From: Verrucomicrobiota bacterium
GTDB taxonomy: Bacteria; Verrucomicrobiota; Verrucomicrobiia; Limisphaerales; UBA11358
Length of the DNA: 64,000 nucleotides
Assembly (NCBI GenBank): GCA_050010435.1
Contig: JBEKKZ010000005.1
Location: 45,544 to 109,543 of the forward strand
Reading direction: 5' to 3'
Positions 53,012 through 59,910 of this stretch are shown here, in pieces (position 1 is the first letter of the stretch; every line of letters starts with the position of its first letter). The notes under the pieces were generated by a model. The model was not told the DNA's origin. It was given only the letters and a program-made list of their open reading frames with translations, and did not search any database. Position numbers and translations under genes: made by a program.

Positions 53012-55588
53012 CTATGACTGCTCCGGCTTTACCACCGCCACGACCACCGCGGTCGGCTTGAGATATTTTTGCGCGGCGGCTTTGATTTGCTCCAGAGTGA
53101 CGGCTTCGTATTTCGCGTCGTCGAGTTCCGCGCGCTGGTAGCCGAGGCCGTAAAGTTCATCGAGTGTGGTCGTGGATGCCAGGTGACCAAGGTCCTGCCG
53201 CGCGATTTTTTTCTGGCCGATGATTTTGGCCTTGGCGCGTTTGAGTTCCTCGGCGGTCAAACCTTCAGTGCGCAGGAGTCCGGCTTCCTTGAGAATTTCC
53301 TGTTCGACCAACAAGGCCTTCGACGGCTCGGTGCCGGCGTAAAAGGCGAAGTAGCCGGGCGCCAGTCCGGCGAAATGTTGCGCGCCGACGTAGTAGGCGA
53401 GGCCGAGTTGCTCGCGAATCCGCAGAAACAGCCGCGAACCGAGGTCGCTGCACGATTCTTGAATCAACTCGAGCGCGTAACGGTCTTCGTCGTGCATCGT
53501 CGTGCCGGGAAAACCGATGACGATCACCGCCTGCTTTTTGTCGCGGATTTCCTCAACTCGCTGCATCACCGGGGGAGGTGTGTCGGGCGATGTGCAAATC
53601 AGTTCGTTCGCTGCATCGCTGGATTTCCAATGGGCAAAATGTTTTTCGACGGCGGATTTAACCTCCGCCGTTTCCACGTCGCCGTAAATGGCGAGAACGC
53701 AATTGTTCGGCGTGGCCAGTTTTTTGTGAAACGATTTCAAGCCGGCGGCTTTAAGGTTGGCAACGGCTTCTTCCATGCCGGTTGAATCCAGACCGTAGCC
53801 GATGTTGCCAAACAGCGTGCGGCGCATGGCCAGGCTGGCGCTTTTAAGCAAATTGTCCTTTTGTGCGTAAATGTCGGCAATTTGCACCTCGCGCTCACGT
53901 TCGAGCGCGTCGGCGGGAAAAACCGGGTTCAGCAAAACGTCGGCGAGCAAATCGAGGCCGGCCGTAAAATCGCTGCTCATGGTTTCCAGGTTGATGCCGA
54001 AGCTGTTATTGCCGCCGTAGCTGTCAATGCTGCCGCCGGCCGTCTCGATTTCTGTCGCAATGTCCCGGGCGCTGCGCTGCGACGTGCCTTTGAGCAGCAT
54101 CCGGCTGGTCAACTGGGTGATGCCGTTGTTTTCCCTGGTTTCGGCGAGCACGCCGCCTTGGAACATGGCGCGAAATTCGACAAAGGGCAGGCGATGATCT
54201 TCCTTCACGAGCAGGCGCAGGCCGTTCGGCAATTCAAATTTCCGGATCGCGTGCTCGGTTTTTTCTTCAACGGCGACGGACAATTTGGGCGCGGTGCCAT
54301 CGGGCAACAGCGTGTAAAGGGTGCGGTTTTCCGCCGTGAGATATCCACGCGCAACGCGCAGGATGTCATCGGGCCTGACGCGCTTGACGGCGGCGAGGTA
54401 ACGTTCGGAAAAATTCAAATCATTTGCCGCCAGCCAGTTTGCGCCGAGGTTTTGCGCCTGGCCTTCCATCGTCTTGCGCGCGGCAAGCGTGGCGGCAATG
54501 AATTGTTTCACCGCCTTGCCGAGTTCGCCGGCGGTAACCGGCGACGTCTTTATTTTTTCAACCTCGGCCAGCATCGCGTCACGCGCAGCGGTGAATTTGT
54601 CCGCGTCCACGACGGCGCTCATGCCGAACAAACCCGGATTGCCGGGGCTGTAAGCCCACGCGTCAACGTGGTGCACAACACCTTTCTTCTCGCGGACATG
54701 CTGGTAGAGGCGCGAACTGCGGCCGCAGCCAAGCAAAACGGCGAGCACATCGAGGGCCGGCATGTCGGGATGCCGCACTTCGGGAATGTGCCAGGCAAAA
54801 TGAAAATGACCGAGTTCAATGGGCGCTTCCTCGACGATTTCACGCGCTGCGGTTTGCTTCGGCTCTTCCGGCAACACGACTGATGGGAGCGCCCGGGCCT
54901 TGGTTTTTTCGTAGGCGGTGCGGATTTGCGCGATGACTTCGTCGTTCTTAATGTCGCCGGCGACGACGTAAAACACATTGTTCGGCGCGTATTTTTCGGC
55001 GTAGTAACCGCGGATGTCATCGGGTTTCAGCTCGCCGAAAATGTCGGGGTACCCGATGACGGTGAAGCGATACGGACTGCGCGTGTAGGCGGTTTCAAAC
55101 AGGCGGCGGCTGGCGCGGCGGCTGGGATCGTCCTGGCCCATGTCCATTTCGCGGCGGATGACGTCGAGTTCCCTGGCCAGTTCATCATCGGGCAGGGTGG
55201 CGTGCTGCATGATGTCGCACAGGATGTCAATCGCCGTGCGCGCGCCGGTGCTGGGCACGTCAATGTGATACACCGTGCGGTCGAAGCTCGTATAGGCGTT
55301 CATGTAACCGCCGGCTTCCTGCACTTCCTGGTCAATGCGGCTGCCGGGACGGGTGGTTGTGCCCTTGAACAGCATGTGTTCGAGCACGTGCGACAGGCCG
55401 GCGCCGAGCCATTTGCCTTCGTGAATGCTGCCCGCCATGCACCACGCCTGCGCCGACACGACCGGCGCGCTGTGATCTTCGCGCACGATGATGATCAGCC
55501 CGTTTTCGAGCGTGGTGAGCGTGACCCCGGGCGGCAGCGACGGAATTTTCATCGCCGAAATTCTGGTTGAAAAAGTGGTGTCACTCAT
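53012..55588 (-). CDS. M16 family zinc peptidase (two tandem M16 halves)
   Basis: 858 aa; inverted zinc motif HVLEHMLFKGT near the N-terminus, and a second inactive-type M16 repeat in the C-terminal half. Confidence 0.85.
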   Translation of the reverse strand: MSDTTFSTRISAMKIPSLPPGVTLTTLENGLIIIVREDHSAPVVSAQAWCMAGSIHEGKWLGAGLSHVLEHMLFKGTTTRPGSRIDQEVQEAGGYMNAYTSFDRTVYHIDVPSTGARTAIDILCDIMQHATLPDDELARELDVIRREMDMGQDDPSRRASRRLFETAYTRSPYRFTVIGYPDIFGELKPDDIRGYYAEKYAPNNVFYVVAGDIKNDEVIAQIRTAYEKTKARALPSVVLPEEPKQTAAREIVEEAPIELGHFHFAWHIPEVRHPDMPALDVLAVLLGCGRSSRLYQHVREKKGVVHHVDAWAYSPGNPGLFGMSAVVDADKFTAARDAMLAEVEKIKTSPVTAGELGKAVKQFIAATLAARKTMEGQAQNLGANWLAANDLNFSERYLAAVKRVRPDDILRVARGYLTAENRTLYTLLPDGTAPKLSVAVEEKTEHAIRKFELPNGLRLLVKEDHRLPFVEFRAMFQGGVLAETRENNGITQLTSRMLLKGTSQRSARDIATEIETAGGSIDSYGGNNSFGINLETMSSDFTAGLDLLADVLLNPVFPADALEREREVQIADIYAQKDNLLKSASLAMRRTLFGNIGYGLDSTGMEEAVANLKAAGLKSFHKKLATPNNCVLAIYGDVETAEVKSAVEKHFAHWKSSDAANELICTSPDTPPPVMQRVEEIRDKKQAVIVIGFPGTTMHDEDRYALELIQESCSDLGSRLFLRIREQLGLAYYVGAQHFAGLAPGYFAFYAGTEPSKALLVEQEILKEAGLLRTEGLTAEELKRAKAKIIGQKKIARQDLGHLASTTTLDELYGLGYQRAELDDAKYEAVTLEQIKAAAQKYLKPTAVVVAVVKPEQS

Positions 55589-55877
55589 TTGATGAAATCA
55601 AATTCGCTGGAAACCGGGGCGGACAAATTTAAATGTTGAAATCATTTTGTCATTACAGATTTATGTCAGACGGGAAGGATATTGGGAAACGGGTTTTGGG
55701 CAATTCAATTCCCAGTATCGCGTTCGGCCTGGGCGCATCTCAATTTATGAGCAGGGCTCCATAATCGGAAACCGCAGCCATTGCGACCATTTCATTAACA
55801 CCCTGCTTTAGCGGGGTGTTAATGAGAGCCGGATAAACCTGCACAAAAAAGTGAGATGCGCCCCGCAGGTTGGCGTT

Positions 55878-56297
55878 TCAACCAACAATCGGCTTGTTTT
55901 CGGAATCGAATTTGCTCTGCGGCCAGAATGGTTTGCGGAAGGCTTCGGTGAAATTGTAGCCGTTTTGAAAATCGCCGCGCGTGTCTTTTTCGGTTTTGGC
56001 GAGCAGGCTGCTTTCCACCATGTTGAAAACGATTTCGCCGAAGTCCAGGCAATTGTGCACGCCCCAGTCTTCAAACACGGTCACCGTCATCGGCCCAAAT
56101 TGATTCAGCGCAAACCGCCGGATGCCGTCGAGCAATTCCTGGCCGCTGACATGGCGGATGGCGCCGCGAGTTTCCTTGCCGACGAGCTTCTGCGTGTAGT
56201 CGAGCGCTTCGCGGACAAACAGGTAGGCGTCGCGTGTGTACCGCGAATCCCTGGCCAGGATTTGCTCCACCGCTTCGTCAAAATTGATTTCTTGCAT
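55878..56297 (-). CDS. Conserved hypothetical protein, Minf_1886-family-like (PVC-restricted)
   Basis: 139 aa; MQEINFDEAVEQILARDSRYTRDAYLFVREALDYTQK...HVSGQELL matches my memory of the Minf_1886/TIGR04138 family. The name assignment is moderate. Confidence 0.65.
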   Translation of the reverse strand: MQEINFDEAVEQILARDSRYTRDAYLFVREALDYTQKLVGKETRGAIRHVSGQELLDGIRRFALNQFGPMTVTVFEDWGVHNCLDFGEIVFNMVESSLLAKTEKDTRGDFQNGYNFTEAFRKPFWPQSKFDSENKPIVG

Positions 56298-56298
56298 G

Positions 56299-56430
56299 TC
56301 AAGGTTTCGCCGACTGAATCACTGCCTGGGGTGGATGCGCGGTGCGATAGGTTTTAACAGCCCAGCCGGTCAGCAGCAAACCCAGGACAATACAGAGAAC
56401 CATTTGTTCCTGTTTCGTCAGGCGGTTCAT
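56299..56430 (-). CDS. Small membrane protein (43 aa), coupled to the downstream gene
   Basis: Hand translation gives MNRLTKQEQMVLCIVLGLLLTGWAVKTYRTAHPPQAVIQSAKP*. Its stop lies 1 nt before ATG 56297. Below the ORF-track size cutoff. Confidence 0.45.
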   Translation of the reverse strand: MNRLTKQEQMVLCIVLGLLLTGWAVKTYRTAHPPQAVIQSAKP

Positions 56431-56606
56431 GGCAATAATCTAACGGAATCAGGCAGTCTCGGCAAGTCGTACTAATGGCCCGGTAATGGTAATGTTACGG
56501 TTTGGTGGGGCGAGGCTACTGACGAGCTGGCTCGCGGGGACGCTCGCCCCCCAACGGCTTTACCCTTGCGACGGCTTTGCGGTGTTTGTTAATTTGCACC
56601 CGCTTT

Positions 56607-57362
56607 ATGGCAGCCATTGGCCGATTTCAAAAGGGCGAGGAAATATTTTACGCCAAAGTCGTGGACGGCAAATTGTTCCGGCTGCGCGGCGAAGTTTTCG
56701 GCTCGCCGTCCTTCGACCGCAAGCCCACTCCGCGCAAAGGCATCCGCACGTTGATTCCCGTCGTGCCGTCCAAAATCATCGCCGTCGGCCTCAATTACGC
56801 CGACCACGCGCGGGAAATCAGCCAACCGCCGCCAAAAGAGCCGTTGTTCTGGCTCAAAGCCACGACGTCGCTGATTCCCGACGGCGGGAAAATTGAAATT
56901 CCTTTTCGGGAACATCGCACGGATTACGAAGCCGAGCTGGCCATCGTCATTGGCCGCAAAGTTCGCAACGTCACGCCCACGTCGGCGTCGCGCTACATTT
57001 TTGGTTACACCACCGCGGAGGACATCAGCGACCGCACCATTCAAAATTCCGAAAGCCAGTGGGCGCGGTGCAAATCGTTCGACACGTTCACCCCGCTCGG
57101 CCCTTACGTGGAAACGAAAATTGATCCGGGTGAATTGACCATCCAGCTTTTCCAAAACGGCCAGTTGCGGCAGAACTCGAACACGAAGCAGCTCATCTTC
57201 AAGCCCGCCGAACTGGTCAGTTTCATTTCCACGAACATGACGCTGCTGCCCGGCGACGTGATTCTCACCGGCACCCCCGGCGGCATCGGCCCGATTCAAT
57301 CCGGCGACCGGCTGGAGGTGCGGATTCAGGGACTCGCCCCGCTGGTCAACACGGTGAAGTGA
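56607..57362 (+). CDS. Fumarylacetoacetate hydrolase (FAH) family protein
   Basis: IIAVGLNYADHA, LFWLKATTSLI, DYEAELAIVIG, GDVILTGTPGGIG motifs; start trimmed to ATG 56607. Confidence 0.85.
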   Translation: MAAIGRFQKGEEIFYAKVVDGKLFRLRGEVFGSPSFDRKPTPRKGIRTLIPVVPSKIIAVGLNYADHAREISQPPPKEPLFWLKATTSLIPDGGKIEIPFREHRTDYEAELAIVIGRKVRNVTPTSASRYIFGYTTAEDISDRTIQNSESQWARCKSFDTFTPLGPYVETKIDPGELTIQLFQNGQLRQNSNTKQLIFKPAELVSFISTNMTLLPGDVILTGTPGGIGPIQSGDRLEVRIQGLAPLVNTVK

Positions 57363-57366
57363 GAAC

Positions 57367-57399
57367 GTAGCGGCGTCTCGGCAGAGCGCCGCATTTTCT
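57367..57399 (-). repeat. Family G singlet, copy G4
   Basis: GTAGCGGCGTCTCGGCAGAGCGCCGCATTTTCT matches the first arm of G3. Confidence 0.75.
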
Positions 57400-57473
57400 A
57401 ATTTACGGCAGTTGCCCGGTAGCCGTTGCGCTTCGCGGCATGATACCAATTCCCAGTGGGAATCGGCACATGG

Positions 57474-57546
57474 GTAGGGCGCGCCACTCCGTCCGCGCCG
57501 CAATCGTTGTGCGGACGAGCGGCGGGCAGAGGGCTGCCCGCCCTAC
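57474..57546. repeat. REP-like doublet, family B, copy B3
   Basis: GTAGGGCGCGCCACTCCGTCCGCGCC ... GGCGGGCAGAGGGCTGCCCGCCCTAC. Confidence 0.8.
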
Positions 57547-57579
57547 CGAGGTTTGTTCCGGTTGTCATTGAGAAATGGC

Positions 57580-57753
57580 ATGAGGTCCGCGCCAGTCACA
57601 CCCCAACCGGAATGGCATCATCTCCCGCGTGACTGGCCACATTTGGGCGCGGTCGTGCCAGGTTTTCCCTTTCTGCATCCGCTGGATGAGAATTTCTGGG
57701 AACAGTTCTGGAAACTTTACCAGCAGCGTCGGGAACCGATGCCGCAGTCCTGA
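57580..57753 (+). CDS. Possible small Trp-rich protein (57 aa) embedded between REPs
   Basis: ATG 57580; MRSAPVTPQPEWHHLPRDWPHLGAVVPGFPFLHPLDENFWEQFWKLYQQRREPMPQS*. No homology support. Confidence 0.25.
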   Translation: MRSAPVTPQPEWHHLPRDWPHLGAVVPGFPFLHPLDENFWEQFWKLYQQRREPMPQS

Positions 57754-57765
57754 CACAGCGACATT

Positions 57766-57828
57766 CCGGCAGGGCGCTGCATTATTTGGTTTGCGGCTCT
57801 CTGCCGAGGAGCCGCTACGCCGCAAAAT
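57766..57828 (-). repeat. Family G doublet, copy G5 (degenerate)
   Basis: agcgacattCCGGCAGGGCGCTGCATTAT ... TGCGGCTCTCTGCCGAGGAGCCGCTAC aligns with G3. Confidence 0.7.
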
Positions 57829-57874
57829 AAAATTCTTCGTTCCTTCGTTCCTTTGTGGTTAATCTTTCCGCCAC

Positions 57875-59665
57875 ATGAAGTGGTCCCAAGCATTTATTCC
57901 GACCCTGCGCGAAGCTCCGGCTGACGCGGAAATCCTTTCCCATAAACTCCTGCTGCGCGCCGGGCTTATCCGCAAGCTCGCGGGCGGGGTTTACACCTTT
58001 CTGCCGCTCGGTTTGCGCGCGCTGCGCAAGGTGGAGCAAATCGTCCGCGAGGAAATGGACCGTGCGGGCGCGCTCGAACTGCTCATGCCCGCCCTTCAGC
58101 CGTCGGAAATCTGGCAGCAAAGCGGCCGGTACGAAACCGCGGGCAACGTGTTGTATAAATTGAAGGACAGCGGAAACCGCGAATGGGTTCTCAGCCCGAC
58201 GGCCGAGGAGGTCATTACCACCACCGCCGCCAGCGAGATTAATTCCTACCGGCAGTTGCCAAAGAATTTTTACCAGATCAGCGTCAAGTTCCGGGACGAA
58301 ATCCGTCCGCGCTTCGGCCTGATGCGCGCCCGTGAGTTCATCATGAAGGACGCCTACAGTTTTGACGTGAGCGACGAGGCGGCGCAGGTGTGCTATCAGA
58401 AAATGTACGACGCCTATGCGCGCATCTTCGCCCGGTGCGGACTGAAGGCGTTTCCGGTCGAGGCCGACACCGGCGTCATCGGCGGGAAATTTTCGCATGA
58501 ATTCATGGTTCCGGCGGAAACCGGCGAGAATGAGGTGGTTTACTGTGAGGCCTGCGGTTACGCGGCGAACATCGAGAAGGCCACCAGCGGCATTCCCAAA
58601 ACCGCCGCGCGTGAAGTCGGCGCGGCGATTGAAAAGTTTGCCACGCCCGGCGTTGTCACCATCGAAGCGCTGAGCAAGGCGCCTTACGGCGTTCCGGCCA
58701 ATCGTCAGATCAAAACGCTCGTTTACATCGCAGATAGCAAACCAGTCATCATTTTGATCCGCGGCGACGACCAGTTGAACGAAGCCAAGCTCGCGGGTAT
58801 CATCGGCACCGCGGTGTTCCGTCCAGCCACACCGGAAGAATGCGTGGCCACGCTCGGCGCGCATCCGGGAAGTCTCGGTGCGATTGCGAGCGCGCTGAAA
58901 AGTAGCGCAGGCGTCCCGCCTGCAAACTCCGAGGGCAGGCCAGAGGCCCGCGCTACTTTGCAAATATTCGCCGACGAGCGTTTGCGCGGCGCGAATGACA
59001 TGACCACCGGTGCGAATGAGGACGGTTTCCATTTCCGCAATGTCTCCATCGAACGCGACATCAAGGGGACGCAATGGTTCGATTTAAGAACTGTGACTGC
59101 CGGTGAACCCTGCGCGAAATGCAGCAAACCGCTGAAAATCCGCCGCGCCATCGAGGTCGGCCACGTTTTCAAGCTCGGCACGAAATACAGCGAGAAGCTG
59201 GGCGCAACATTTCTGGACGAGGCCGGCACGCGCAAGCCCGCCGTCATGGGTTGCTATGGCATTGGCGTTACACGAACCCTGCAAGCGGTCATCGAGCAGT
59301 GCAACGACAAGGACGGCATCATCTGGCCGTTAAGTATCGCGCCGTATCAGGTTTGCATCACACCGTTGGGCGTGGCGCCGGACAGCGCGGTGATGAAACT
59401 GGCGGAGAAAATTTACGCGGAACTGACCGCACGCGGCGTGGAAGTGATTCTGGATGACCGCGATGAACGTCCCGGCGTAAAATTCAAGGACGCGGACCTG
59501 GTGGGCTTTCCGATTCGCGTGGGCATCGGCGAGAAATCGCTGGCGAAGGGCGAAGTAGAACTCAAGCCGCGCGGTGGCGCGCTGCAACCCGTCAAGGCCG
59601 ACGAAGCGGTGGATGCCGTGATAAAATTGGTGGAAGCAAGCAATGGCGGTCTGCGAACGGCATGA
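57875..59665 (+). CDS. proS: Prolyl-tRNA synthetase (bacterial type with INS editing domain)
   Basis: 596 aa; class II motif 2 FRDEIRPRFGLMRAREFIMKDAYSF, motif 3 GCYGIGVTR, C-terminal anticodon-binding domain. One palindrome is translated in frame. Confidence 0.95.
   Translation: MKWSQAFIPTLREAPADAEILSHKLLLRAGLIRKLAGGVYTFLPLGLRALRKVEQIVREEMDRAGALELLMPALQPSEIWQQSGRYETAGNVLYKLKDSGNREWVLSPTAEEVITTTAASEINSYRQLPKNFYQISVKFRDEIRPRFGLMRAREFIMKDAYSFDVSDEAAQVCYQKMYDAYARIFARCGLKAFPVEADTGVIGGKFSHEFMVPAETGENEVVYCEACGYAANIEKATSGIPKTAAREVGAAIEKFATPGVVTIEALSKAPYGVPANRQIKTLVYIADSKPVIILIRGDDQLNEAKLAGIIGTAVFRPATPEECVATLGAHPGSLGAIASALKSSAGVPPANSEGRPEARATLQIFADERLRGANDMTTGANEDGFHFRNVSIERDIKGTQWFDLRTVTAGEPCAKCSKPLKIRRAIEVGHVFKLGTKYSEKLGATFLDEAGTRKPAVMGCYGIGVTRTLQAVIEQCNDKDGIIWPLSIAPYQVCITPLGVAPDSAVMKLAEKIYAELTARGVEVILDDRDERPGVKFKDADLVGFPIRVGIGEKSLAKGEVELKPRGGALQPVKADEAVDAVIKLVEASNGGLRTA
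58901..58957. repeat. REP-like palindrome, family A, translated inside proS
   Basis: AGTAGCGCAGGCGTCCCGCCTGCA ... GGCCCGCGCTACT; 57 bp = 19 codons ([19 protein letters not shown]), codon-aligned. Confidence 0.9.
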
Positions 59666-59668
59666 TTT

Positions 59669-59827
59669 TCAACGTGGCAGCGGGTGGAATGTGAAGCGGG
59701 TGGGTTGGTTTGCCGTTGGATCAATATTCACCGTGTAATAAACGCCGTCGTTCAGAAGTTCGGTGCCGGACAAGGCCGGGCAGAGCCGCACCCGGAACGG
59801 CCACCAAAGATGCGCCTCGTGCAGCGC
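59669..59827 (-). pseudogene. Relic 3' end (about 50 codons plus stop) of a metallophosphoesterase gene paralogous to 62940..63929
   Basis: 59676-59827 aligns with 62947-63098 (152 nt, 14 mismatches by hand count). The stop codon position is conserved (59669-59671). No upstream remainder of the gene is present. Confidence 0.7.
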
Positions 59828-59910
59828 GGAACTGAAACGGATGGCGGTCCGGCCCGTTCACTTCGATTTTGCGAAGAGCGGAAAGGTGACGCGCGCATAC
59901 CAAAGCCGCA

